Positions 35,276 to 43,408 are shown, numbered from the stretch's first letter. The stretch is 43,408 bases of DNA from Actinobacteria bacterium 21-73-9 (GCA_002255565.1 NCBE01000004.1:1-43408); one strand, 5' to 3'. Made by a program: numbers and translations. The notes: generated by a model not told the origin, from the letters alone.

Positions 35276-35681
35276 GCGTCTCGGCGCGGATCCGGAAGGC
35301 CACCGGCGCCCGGCCCGAGCCCCCGTCGGTCTCGCGAGAGGGCCCCCGCCCGCTGGCACCCGTCGTCGCCATCCGCGCGCGCAAGAGCTCGAGGGTGAGC
35401 GCGGCGCCCTCGCCGTCGAGCTCTTCGTAGGCGCCCTGGAGGATGGCGCTGCGCCATCCCCCGTCGGGCTGGTACTCGTCGACCTCGACACAGACGCGGT
35501 CGTGGCGGCGCATCAGCTCCACCTTCTTGCCCTCGGTGGTGTAGGCGTAGGCGCAGCCCTCGTGCCAGGCGTAGATCACGGGCACCACGTAGGTCTCCTC
35601 CCCGTCGCGGCAGCCGACCCGTCCGACGCGCTGGGAGAGGAGGAACTCCTCGACCTCCTCGTCGGTCATCTCTTCGATCAC
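35247..35681 (-). CDS. Pyridoxamine 5'-phosphate oxidase-like flavin-binding protein
   Basis: VGRVGC, YVVPV.Y, GKKVELMR....VC.EVD, WRSAI..G, SGR. Confidence 0.88.
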   Translation of the reverse strand: MIEEMTDEEVEEFLLSQRVGRVGCRDGEETYVVPVIYAWHEGCAYAYTTEGKKVELMRRHDRVCVEVDEYQPDGGWRSAILQGAYEELDGEGAALTLELLRARMATTGASGRGPSRETDGGSGRAPVAFRIRAETLSGRRVERG

Positions 35682-35826
35682 GAGCCGAGGGTACCCCCGG
35701 CGGCCCGGGGGGGATCGCCGTCGGGTTCCGCCCCCGGGTGGGAGGGCCGACGTAGGGTGGGAGGACCGGAGTGGTCTCCGCCCGGGGACGGGCGTTCTCG
35801 GTGGTGTGTCGGACGGTGGAGGAGTG

Positions 35827-36060
35827 ATGCTCATCAACCAGATCGGCGTCGAAGAGGAGCCGACGGTCGTGGAGTTGCGTCCGCGCCGGTCGGGCGAGTC
35901 GGCTCGCGCGAGCCGCGTCACCCTGACCGACCTGCTCGGCGCGGTGTGGTCGGTCGAGCTCCCGAGCGAACCCGACCCGGGTGATTCGAGCGTGACGACG
36001 CTCGTCCCCCGGGGTGACGGCCCGTCGGCGAGCGAGCCGCGGCACGCCGACGTCGCCTGA
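35827..36060 (+). CDS. Small hypothetical protein (77 aa)
   Basis: Strong GGAGGAG RBS, upstream TAGGGT -10 box, fills the intergenic gap. Confidence 0.55.
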   Translation: MLINQIGVEEEPTVVELRPRRSGESARASRVTLTDLLGAVWSVELPSEPDPGDSSVTTLVPRGDGPSASEPRHADVA

Positions 36061-36115
36061 ACCCCGACGGCCCGACGCGGGTCGCTAGAGTCGGCGCTGT
36101 CCCGGGAGGCTGACG

Positions 36116-36925
36116 GTGGCCCATCACCTGCTGATCCAACTCTCCGACGTCCACCTCACCCGGCGGGGCGAGCTCGCTCCGGGCATCGACCCCGCCGCGA
36201 ACCTGGCGAGCGCGCTCGCGCTCTTGGAGGACGAGGACGTGGCGGCCGACGTCATCCTGCTCACCGGGGACCTCACCAACGAGGGTGACGAGCCCTCCTA
36301 CCGCGACCTCGCCGCGGCGCTCGCGTCGAGCCGGGCCGCGGCGACGGCGACGGTCGTCTACGTGCCCGGCAACCACGACCGGCGCGGTCCGTTCCGCTCG
36401 GTGCTCCTCGGTCAGGCGCCCGACGAGGGGCCGATCAACCAGGTGGCCTGGCACGGGGGACTGCGCCTCGTCGCCCTCGACTCGACGGTCCCGGGTGAGG
36501 ACCACGGGTCCCTCGACGCCGGGACCCTCGACTTCCTCGCCGACGCGCTCGCCGAGCCCGCGCCCGAGGGCTCGATCGTGGTGCTGCACCACCCGCCCAG
36601 CCCCTCGCCGATCGAGATGATGGCCGCGCTGCGCCTGGCCAACGCCGACGACCTCGGTCGGGCGATCGAGGGGACCGACGTGCGCGCGGTGCTCTGTGGG
36701 CACTACCACCACGCCGGGGCGAGCCACCTCGGCGCGGTGCCGGTGTGGACGGGCCCGGCCACGTCGTTCGTCGCCGACGCGGCGAGTGCGGGCGACCTCC
36801 GTATCCTGCCCGGTGGCGCGATGACGAGGATCGACGTCGACGACGACGGCGTCGTCACCTCGGTCATCCCGATCGGGCCGGGACGACCCGCCCCGGGGGC
36901 GAGGGGGCCGGTCCGCCCGGGGTGA
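36116..36925 (+). CDS. Metallophosphoesterase, CpdA/Icc-like cyclic nucleotide phosphodiesterase
   Basis: SDVH, TGDL, PGNHD, LHHPP, CGHYH. Confidence 0.9.
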   Translation: MAHHLLIQLSDVHLTRRGELAPGIDPAANLASALALLEDEDVAADVILLTGDLTNEGDEPSYRDLAAALASSRAAATATVVYVPGNHDRRGPFRSVLLGQAPDEGPINQVAWHGGLRLVALDSTVPGEDHGSLDAGTLDFLADALAEPAPEGSIVVLHHPPSPSPIEMMAALRLANADDLGRAIEGTDVRAVLCGHYHHAGASHLGAVPVWTGPATSFVADAASAGDLRILPGGAMTRIDVDDDGVVTSVIPIGPGRPAPGARGPVRPG

Positions 36926-36975
36926 GCCGCGGCGCGAGGCCGGGGGAACGCCCGGGCGCGGCGTTACAGTGGCTC

Positions 36976-38286
36976 GTGAGCCGCGGGTACCACACGATCA
37001 TCGAGCCGTTCCGGATCCACTCGGTGGAGCCCTTGCGCATGACGACGGCCGACGAGCGACGCGCAGCCGTCGAGGCCGCCGGCTACAACGTCTTCGGCCT
37101 GCACTCCTCGGACGTCCTCATCGACCTGCTCACCGACTCGGGGACCGGGGCCATGTCGCGTGACCAGTGGGCCGCGATCCAACACGGCGACGAGAGCTAC
37201 GCCGGCTCGCCCAGCTGGTACGCGTTCGAGTCGGCGGTGAAGGACCTCTTCGCCTTCGGTCACGTGATCCCCACCCACCAGGGCCGGGCCGCCGAGAAGA
37301 TCATCTTCTCGGTCCTCGGGGGTCCGGGGAAGGTCGTGCCCAACAACACCCACTTCGACACCACGCGGGCCAACGTCGAGGCCACGGGCGCCGAGGCCGT
37401 CGACCTCGTGATCGCCGAGGGACGCGATCCCGCGACCGAGCACCCCTTCAAGGGGAACATGGACCTGGCCGCCCTCGAGGACCTGCTGGAGAGCCGGCGG
37501 GGCGAGGTGCCCGTGGTGTTCCTCACGATCACCAACAACTCCGGCGGGGGCCAGCCGGTGTCGCTCGAGAACATCCGCGCGACGAGCGCGCTGTGTCGGC
37601 GCTTTGGCGTCCCGCTCTTCCTCGACGCCTGCCGGTTCGCCGAGAACGCCTGGTTCATCCACGAGCGTGAGGCCGGTCAGGGGGACCGGGAGGTCGCCGA
37701 CATCGTGCGCGAGATCGCCTCGCTCGCCGACGGCATGACGATGAGCGCGAAGAAGGATCCCTTCGCCAACATCGGGGGGTGGCTCGCGCTCAACGACGAC
37801 GAGGTCGCCGAGCGGTGCCGCACGCTGCTCATCTTGACCGAGGGCTTCCCGACCTACGGCGGACTCGCCGGACGTGACCTCGAGGCCATCGCCCAGGGAC
37901 TGCGCGAGGCCGTCTCGCACGACTACCTGCGCTACCGGATCCGCTCGACCGCCTACCTCGGCGAGGCCCTCCTCGCCGCGGGCGTGCCGGTCGTTCGCCC
38001 CATCGGTGGTCACGCGGTCTACCTCGACGCCCGGGCCCTGGCGCCCCACCTCGACCCCCTCGACTACCCCGGCCAGGCGCTCGCGGTAGCCCTCTACCTC
38101 GAGGGCGGGATCCGCAGCTGTGAGATCGGGTCGGTCATGTTCGGACGCCAGCCCGACGGCAGCGAGCGGCCCGCCGCCATGGAGCTCGTGCGCCTCGCGA
38201 TCCCGCGGCGCACCTACACCCAGAGCCACGTGGACTACGTCATCGAGGTCGTTGTCGAACGGTCTCGACCGGCCCGCACCCGCTGA
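36976..38286 (+). CDS. tnaA: Tryptophanase, C-terminally truncated (possible pseudogene)
   Basis: EPFRI, IDLLTDSGT, GDESYAG, THQGRAAE, HFDTT, NNSGGGQPVS, MSAKKD (PLP Lys), EGFPTYGGL, RLAIPRRTYT. EIGS rather than the ERG of tyrosine phenol-lyase. The terminal LRHF segment is missing. Confidence 0.88.
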   Translation: MSRGYHTIIEPFRIHSVEPLRMTTADERRAAVEAAGYNVFGLHSSDVLIDLLTDSGTGAMSRDQWAAIQHGDESYAGSPSWYAFESAVKDLFAFGHVIPTHQGRAAEKIIFSVLGGPGKVVPNNTHFDTTRANVEATGAEAVDLVIAEGRDPATEHPFKGNMDLAALEDLLESRRGEVPVVFLTITNNSGGGQPVSLENIRATSALCRRFGVPLFLDACRFAENAWFIHEREAGQGDREVADIVREIASLADGMTMSAKKDPFANIGGWLALNDDEVAERCRTLLILTEGFPTYGGLAGRDLEAIAQGLREAVSHDYLRYRIRSTAYLGEALLAAGVPVVRPIGGHAVYLDARALAPHLDPLDYPGQALAVALYLEGGIRSCEIGSVMFGRQPDGSERPAAMELVRLAIPRRTYTQSHVDYVIEVVVERSRPARTR

Positions 38287-38627
38287 GCGTGGGGGCGTCA
38301 GACTAGGCGAGGACCCCGTCGACCCTGGCGGAGGCGCTGGTCTCGGTGGAGCGGGCCCACCGAGCGCCCGCCCGAGGTCTCATCGTGTCGTCGCCCGGCC
38401 CCGGTTCTTCTCGTTCGCCCGCACGGGGTCAGGGATGCGGGGACCTCTCACGGCGTCGAGGGAGCGGGCTGGCACGTTGACCCGAGGGTGATCCGGCGAG
38501 TGGAGTCAAGCCCAACGTGCGAGAGTCGCTGGAAGCTCAGAGTCCCCGTGCCCCAAAGGGCGGTTCACCACCCCGGGGGCACCGATCGGACCTCGTGCCG
38601 TGATGGGGAGAGCGTTAGAGTTGCCCC

Positions 38628-39869
38628 GTGCGTCCCCGGGTGGTCACGTTCTTCGTGGTGGCGATCGCGGTGATCGTGCTGCTCTACGCGTTCGGCGGCG
38701 TGAAGAGGCCCGTGGCGAGTGGCGCCGCGTCACGTCTCACCGGGGCTGCGTCGGCGAGATTCACGCCGCTCTCGGCCTCGTTCCCCACGGCCAGACGGGG
38801 CTGGGTCCTCGGAACGGTTCCCTGTGCGGTCCGCCCGGCCTGCGTGCAACTGCGTACGACGCGCGACGGGGGCGCCACCTGGACCGTGGACGCACTGCCG
38901 ACGGCCCTCCTCACCCTCGTCGACCAGAGGTACCACACGACGATTGCCGCCCTCAACTCGACCGGCCTTGGCGTGCGATTCGCGAACGCACGAGACGGCT
39001 GGATCTACGGCACGATCGACAGCTTCGACTACTACGGCGGGATCACCACCTCGCGATGGGTGGTCCTCCTGTGGTCGACGCACGACGGCGGCACCACGTG
39101 GAGGAGGTTGAACCCGCCGGGTCTCGCCTCTCAGGGCCCCCTCTACGACCTCGAGGTCTCTAAGTCTGAGGCCTATCTGCTGGGAGACGGACCGAAGTTC
39201 ACGGCGGTCCTGGTGGCCTCACCCGTTCACCGCGATCACTGGCGTGTCGTTTCGACACCGCCTCTGCCGCCATCCACCGGGGGCAGTGAGACCACCGGCA
39301 ACATCGTGGTGAGCGGGCACGCGGGCTGGCTCGTCGAGGGCGGTGACCGCGGGATTACGGGCAGTCTGCGTCTGGGTCCCGGGGGACAGTGGCTGGCGTG
39401 GTCGCCGCCCTGCGCGTCCGTCGGCAACAGCTACGTCGTGCCCGTGGCGAGTGACGCACGCCATCTCGTCGTCGTCTGTGAGATCGGGGGCGTGTTCGCC
39501 CAGCCCTCGCCGAAGGCTCCCCCCGGGGCCACGCCGGGCTCGTGGTGGCTCTACTCGTCGAGCGACGCGGGGACCACATTTCACGCGGTGCGCGAGCTGC
39601 ACGGGGTCAACGGCTACTTCTCCGTCTTGGCGTCGCCCACCCCCCGCGTGATGTTCCTCCAATACGATCGCGGTTCTGGCCTGGAGCTGGTGATGAGCCG
39701 GGATGCGGGAAAGAGCGCGCAGGTTGTCTTTCGCGGCACCGTCACGTACCTGCACTTCGAAAACGCGAGTGACGGGATTGGAGTCGTCACGTCGCGGTCG
39801 GACACTCCTGAGATGATCGTGACTCACGATGGAGGAAGGTCCTGGCACGTCCAGCGATTCACCACCTGA
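38628..39869 (+). CDS. Secreted or membrane-anchored BNR/Asp-box repeat beta-propeller protein
   Basis: N-terminal hydrophobic helix; repeats TRDGGATW, THDGGTTW, SSDAGTTF, SRDAGKS, THDGGRSW. Confidence 0.85.
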   Translation: MRPRVVTFFVVAIAVIVLLYAFGGVKRPVASGAASRLTGAASARFTPLSASFPTARRGWVLGTVPCAVRPACVQLRTTRDGGATWTVDALPTALLTLVDQRYHTTIAALNSTGLGVRFANARDGWIYGTIDSFDYYGGITTSRWVVLLWSTHDGGTTWRRLNPPGLASQGPLYDLEVSKSEAYLLGDGPKFTAVLVASPVHRDHWRVVSTPPLPPSTGGSETTGNIVVSGHAGWLVEGGDRGITGSLRLGPGGQWLAWSPPCASVGNSYVVPVASDARHLVVVCEIGGVFAQPSPKAPPGATPGSWWLYSSSDAGTTFHAVRELHGVNGYFSVLASPTPRVMFLQYDRGSGLELVMSRDAGKSAQVVFRGTVTYLHFENASDGIGVVTSRSDTPEMIVTHDGGRSWHVQRFTT

Positions 39870-39916
39870 CGGCCCTTAAGTGGGGCGGCGCCCAACCGGA
39901 GAGTCAACACGGGTGA

Positions 39917-40495
39917 TCACGCCTGGGGGTGGGGGGTCTCACCCCGGGCCAGCATCTCGACGAAATGGTCGATGCGCCTGGAGCGGGTTTCGGGCTTCTT
40001 GGCGTTGTCGATCCGGTAGAGGAAGGCGTATCGGTTCGCCTTGGTGAGCCTCTCGAACATCGCCCTCGCGCGGGGATCGGAACTCAAGGCGGCGAGAAGA
40101 TCCTTTGGGACCTCACTGGTGGCCTGCCCGGCGTAGGCGGCGTCCCAGCGACCGTCCTCTTTGGCCCGGCGTACCTCGGCTTCGCCGGCTAGATGCATTC
40201 GGCCGGTGGCGATAAGCCGCTGGGCGATGGCGGCGTTCCGTTGAGACCAGGGGCTGCGAGGCTTTCGGGGCGTGAAACGTCGTCGAAAGGTCGCGGCGTC
40301 CCGACGCCCTAGTTGACCATCAATCCAGCCGAAGCAGATTGCTTCGTCGAGCGCTTCGTCGTACGAGAGGTCGGTCGGATCTGTCGTCCCCTTCCTGGCC
40401 AGTACGAGCCAGACACCGGGGGAATCGGCGTGATGAGCGCTCAGCCACTTTCTCCACTCGCCGGCGTCCACGACCAGGAGCTCTGGAAGATCCAC
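39917..40495 (-). CDS. YdeI/OmpD-associated family protein
   Basis: WRKWL..HH....GVWL, EAICFGWIDG, FTPRKPRSPWS..N, AKEDGRWDAAY, AKKPETRSRRI. Confidence 0.92.
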   Translation of the reverse strand: MDLPELLVVDAGEWRKWLSAHHADSPGVWLVLARKGTTDPTDLSYDEALDEAICFGWIDGQLGRRDAATFRRRFTPRKPRSPWSQRNAAIAQRLIATGRMHLAGEAEVRRAKEDGRWDAAYAGQATSEVPKDLLAALSSDPRARAMFERLTKANRYAFLYRIDNAKKPETRSRRIDHFVEMLARGETPHPQA

Positions 40496-40827
40496 GGCGT
40501 TCACGGTATTCCCGGGATGCCATCGGGTCAACGACAACCGTCGCGAGCACGCGCGTGGGAGGACTTCGCGGAATTTCGGCGAACCCGGCTGGCTCGATCT
40601 CTGAGTGACGGTCTCCACGTGCCAGATATGGCCTCAGGCGGATTCCAGGGTTGTCGAGGTCGATCCGAGCCTCGGTCCACACGATGGGCACCCTAAGAAT
40701 TGCAGCGGTGCGCCCGCCCCCCCGGTTCCGTGACACCGGTCACGGCCCTGTGCCCGACCTCACGGCGGGGGGAGTTCATCGCTGCACGATTCACGCGGTT
40801 GGAGCCGCGCCAGAGGGGTCAAGGTCC

Positions 40828-40875
40828 GTGAGCACCCCCAACGGTGAGCACCCCCAACATGTGAGCACCCCCAAC
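40828..40875. repeat. Three tandem copies of GTGAGCACCCCCAAC (tRNA-Glu 3' end)
   Basis: Exact 15-mers at 40828-40842, 40844-40858 and 40861-40875. Confidence 0.92.
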
Positions 40876-40911
40876 GGGATTCGAACCCGTGCTGCCACCT
40901 TGAAAGGGTGG
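40866..40911 (-). pseudogene. tRNA-Glu(TTC) 3' fragment (att site)
   Basis: CCACC-CTTTCAA-GGTGG anticodon arm, ACGGG-TTCGAAT-CCCGT T-arm and TGGGGGT acceptor 3' strand. No D-arm or complementary acceptor 5' strand upstream. Confidence 0.88.
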
Positions 40912-40980
40912 GTGGCCATCGACGAATGCCTTGAGATCAATCCTCATCAAAAGCACGATTGATTGGTAACGCTTGCGCGA

Positions 40981-41009
40981 GGGCACTTGAAGGGCGCTCC
41001 ATGGGCGCT
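40981..41009. repeat. Three GGGCRCT direct repeats at 11-bp period (possible integrase arm-type sites)
   Basis: GGGCACT 40981, GGGCGCT 40992 and GGGCGCT 41003, about 70 bp inside the att core. Confidence 0.5.
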
Positions 41010-41299
41010 TCCGTAGAGCGGCGGTGATTGGGCTCGGGAGGTTAGACCGTCTATATCCGTCTCATGACGACTGGTGGGTTCGACGTGGAGCTGGCGAGTC
41101 GCCTTCGACCCCCTTCGCAATCGAGCGCCCTCATCTCATAGTTCCTGTACTGTGCCAATTCCTCCGTGACCTGTCGTTATTAGGGGAGGTTGGGGCCACG
41201 TCGGGGCTGGCGCTGGAGCCAATTGGTGCTGGCTCAGAACGAACTATCTCGAGTGTTGGATACGACATTGTTCAGCTCAAGCACGTCAAGTCAGATTTC

Positions 41300-41602
41300 G
41301 TGGTGTGGACGGTGGTCGCATCGTCTGGGAACTGGAGGAAGCTAAGTCGCCCGGAACTAGATAAATACGGAATAGATCCCCATACAACAAAGTCGGACAT
41401 CTACGGAAAAGGCAACAATAGTCAGTACGACATATACATCAACAAGGACAACGGTGAGATTGCAACTGGCCCGAAGCGACTTACCCCAGACTCGGAGATG
41501 CAGCCGATAGGGTGGAAGGTCAGCGGTGATCAAGTGGATGAAGGTATTCCATTGAACATTCCACTGGAGGACGGAGGAGGTGAGTTCTTCTTCGATGGCT
41601 AG
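41300..41602 (+). CDS. Orphan polymorphic toxin C-terminal domain, Ntox33-like (start uncertain; probably a fragment)
   Basis: RKLS..EL.KYGIDPH..K..IYGKGNNSQYDIY.NK.NGEI...PK.......PIG resembles my recollection of Ntox33 (GID.H..K...S.YD.Y....G.I...PK). No delivery domain upstream. Confidence 0.65.
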   Translation: MVWTVVASSGNWRKLSRPELDKYGIDPHTTKSDIYGKGNNSQYDIYINKDNGEIATGPKRLTPDSEMQPIGWKVSGDQVDEGIPLNIPLEDGGGEFFFDG

Positions 41603-42020
41603 CAACGAGTCGATGCAGGAAGAGGATGTCGCCAAATGCCGCGTTTGGCTGACGGTCATCGAGGCAGGAGTCAATGGCTCATCCTTGAGCAAGATGCTGA
41701 AAGTAAGTGGCGCGCGAGTTCGTAGAGAGGGACACCCGGCAAAGTATGCGCCGTATAGCAGTAGTGGCAAAAGGCTTCTTCGGCATAGTTCGTGGTCTTA
41801 CAGAGTTCCGATGCCTTCTACGGCGCAGTTGGAACGGCAATTGGAGTATCTCATCCGGACCGTGGACGGGAAAGTACTTGGGGGGATTCTGGCGACCAGA
41901 CCTTCAGCGATTCCGGTGCTCGAGATTGAAGTCCAGAATGAAACTGGCTTGAACTTCCCGGCGGAAGTTGTGGACTGGCTCGCGTCTTTTGGAGGCTCAA
42001 TTGATGTCGATATCTATTGA
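41595..42020 (+). CDS. Putative immunity protein, DUF4279-like
   Basis: Overlaps the toxin stop; S.W.Y, LE.QL..L and terminal G..FPAEVVDWLASFGGSIDVDIY pattern. Confidence 0.7.
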   Translation: MASNESMQEEDVAKCRVWLTVIEAGVNGSSLSKMLKVSGARVRREGHPAKYAPYSSSGKRLLRHSSWSYRVPMPSTAQLERQLEYLIRTVDGKVLGGILATRPSAIPVLEIEVQNETGLNFPAEVVDWLASFGGSIDVDIY

Positions 42021-42059
42021 TTCCTGAATACGCGAGGAGTTCAACTGACCCATCCTCAA

Positions 42060-42537
42060 GCTTTGAAGGACGCATCCACGCTTGATACAACGCGCGGGCC
42101 CGCCTTGGGCACGTGCGGTGGTGGGGTCTGCCCCCACTCTTCCTGACAAACTGTCAACAAAACGTGCAGCAGTCCCCTTCGACAGTCGAGCTCGATCGCG
42201 AAGAAGATGTGCGCGTCCTTCAAGAACTCTTCCGCTCGGCGAAAGTCCCCCCACTCCCTCTCAAGTTACTTCTGGTGTTTGCGCTCGTCGCCCGTGAGCC
42301 TGGGACCAAGTCCACCATCAATCAGGGTCTATCCGGCCAAGTAACGAAGGGTCTCAGGTGCCACGCCCAACTTGCTCGACACCGACGTGAATGTCGGCTA
42401 GCCGGACGAAAGCTCAGCAAGGTGTTCGAAGACCTTCCGCACCGCCCGCTCAGGAACCTGTGGTGGGTATCTACGGATTTCTGCCATGGGCTGATCCTCT
42501 CAATGGAATTGTTCGTCAGTAAACCCGGGGTGGTTCA
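42060..42537 (-). mobile_element. Degenerate IS3-family (IS6110/IS51-group-like) element remnant
   Basis: Terminal TGAACCACCCCGG at 42537-42525. OrfA from ATG 42487 reads MAEIRRYPPQVPERAVRKV...KLGVAPETLR...IDGG...(shift)RAEEFLKDAHIFFAIELD, with three in-frame stops. Left boundary approximate. Confidence 0.85.
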
Positions 42538-42934
42538 GCATCACTACCCGCCTGCTTCCACCTTCGGTCTTAGTGCAGGCGAAACGTTTCGAATGACTAG
42601 CAATTCTTCGTCGAGAGTCGTTACTTATTCGTTCGATGTTGTCAATGATTCAGACCGTGTTGCGTACGTTCGCGCTGCGGGCCGCAGCGGAGGGGACATG
42701 ACTGTAATCAAGACGGGCTCTTACGACACGCTGCATGTGATTGCTCCGGGGAGGTCTCGCCCGGTCACCATCGCGTTCCGCATAGGAGCGTGTAATCATC
42801 GGATTCGGGGCGACTGGCCAATCCCGATTGATGTTGGTCGGTCTCGCTCTGCGACGACTCGAGTGAGTGTCAGCCCGCCGTTGGCTGGGAGGCTTCAGTG
42901 GCAAGAATACGTGGTTGATCTGATATGCAAGTGA
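42538..42934 (+). pseudogene. 3' remnant of an unknown beta-rich protein gene, apparently cut by the IS
   Basis: Open frame directly abutting the IS end (...YSFDVVN...IAPG.SRPVTIAFRIGAC...W....V..IC). An internal ATG at about 42593 could allow a short CDS. Confidence 0.45.
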
Positions 42935-43044
42935 CAGGTCTGACGTTCCGCACTTCTCGGGTGTGATATTCGCCCCACGTCAGTTAGAAGTTTTGACCTG
43001 CCCCAGGGTGATTCAGTGATCCAGAGTATTCGAAGTTCAGCCCC

Positions 43045-43362
43045 TCAGGGTTTCACCGATACCGGCTCGTCGACATCGTCCATCAGGCGGTACGTCGCAT
43101 CACCCACCACGGCGTTGATCTGGAGTTGACCACCGAGTGCGTGGACGTATCTCGCAATCGACGAAAGTTGAAGGTCCTCGCTTCGTTCAAGTTGCGACAC
43201 GTTCGGTTGAGACGTGCCAAGGATTTCTGCCAGGTCGACCTGGCTCTTGCCAAGTTGTTCGCGAAGGAGAGCCAGACGCAAACTCAACCGTTCTCGTGAG
43301 ACGGTCTTCTCATCAACATTGAGGCGCTTGCGCACCTCGCGCCACGGGGTCGTCTTGGGCAT
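43045..43362 (-). CDS. XRE-family HTH antitoxin (HigA-like)
   Basis: LREQLGKSQVDLAEILGTSQPNVSQLERSEDLQLSSIARYVHALGGQL; TGATG coupling to the upstream gene. Confidence 0.88.
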   Translation of the reverse strand: MPKTTPWREVRKRLNVDEKTVSRERLSLRLALLREQLGKSQVDLAEILGTSQPNVSQLERSEDLQLSSIARYVHALGGQLQINAVVGDATYRLMDDVDEPVSVKP

Positions 43363-43408
43363 CAGATCAAGCCTTCCTTTCGGATCTCGTCGAGATATTC
43401 GTCGTACA
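43362..43408 (-). CDS. 3' end of a RelE/HigB (Gp49-like) toxin (partial)
   Basis: ...YDEYLDEIRKEGLI* is a typical C-terminus of this toxin group and is coupled to the antitoxin start. Only about 15 codons are visible. Confidence 0.65.
   Translation of the reverse strand, partial: YDEYLDEIRKEGLI

Larger units (their letters stand above)
40912..43408. mobile_element. End of a low-GC integrative element / genomic island inserted at tRNA-Glu (continues beyond the window)
   Basis: Abrupt visible drop in GC right after the tRNA fragment. Cargo of toxin/immunity, IS remnant and TA genes. No integrase within the window. Confidence 0.8.

Noticed and set aside
36976-38286. Tyrosine phenol-lyase assignment
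   Set aside because: Has EIGS where TPL has the substrate-determining ERG arginine; tryptophanase fits better.
40510-40736. Possible gene remnant (VPIVWTEARIDLDNP...)
   Set aside because: Faint protein-like stretch only; not assignable.
40828-40875. Possible mini CRISPR array
   Set aside because: Repeats are 15 bp with 1-2 nt spacers, match the tRNA 3' end, and no cas genes are present.
40866-40940. Intact tRNA-Glu
   Set aside because: No D-arm or acceptor 5' strand; only the 3' portion is present.
41024-41299. N-terminal half of the 192-aa toxin ORF
   Set aside because: No RBS or recognisable domain; likely open by chance or degraded upstream sequence.

Overview
High-GC actinobacterial chromosome segment, plausibly Acidimicrobiia-like judged from gene content (an inference, not a database result). 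The left end is core genome: PHP phosphoesterase, purF-purM-pyrE, a serine hydrolase and tRNA-Asp/tRNA-Phe. About 36 kb of accessory-type genes follow. The most striking block is 5.3-12.0 kb. It holds one 975-aa gene fusing an Rv1356c-like putative N-acyltransferase, a ThiF adenylase and a nitroreductase-fold oxidase, the activity set of acyl-oxazolone pathways. Downstream are a GAF-GGDEF-EAL gene (broken by an internal deletion), a second GGDEF gene and a LeuA-regulatory-domain-like gene. Together these form a candidate small-molecule signal / c-di-GMP system. Also present: two MarR/MFS modules with a shared operator, a DosS/DosR-like pair with DosR-type boxes, an archaeal-type thymidylate synthase, a TMEM175 channel, a radical SAM/SPASM protein and a C-terminally truncated tryptophanase. 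At about 40.85 kb a tRNA-Glu 3' fragment with a triplicated 3' end marks the edge of a low-GC integrative island. The island carries an orphan Ntox33-like toxin tip with a DUF4279-like immunity gene, a decayed IS3-family (IS6110-like) element and a HigBA-like toxin-antitoxin pair. All family calls come from motif recognition by eye; no searches were run.
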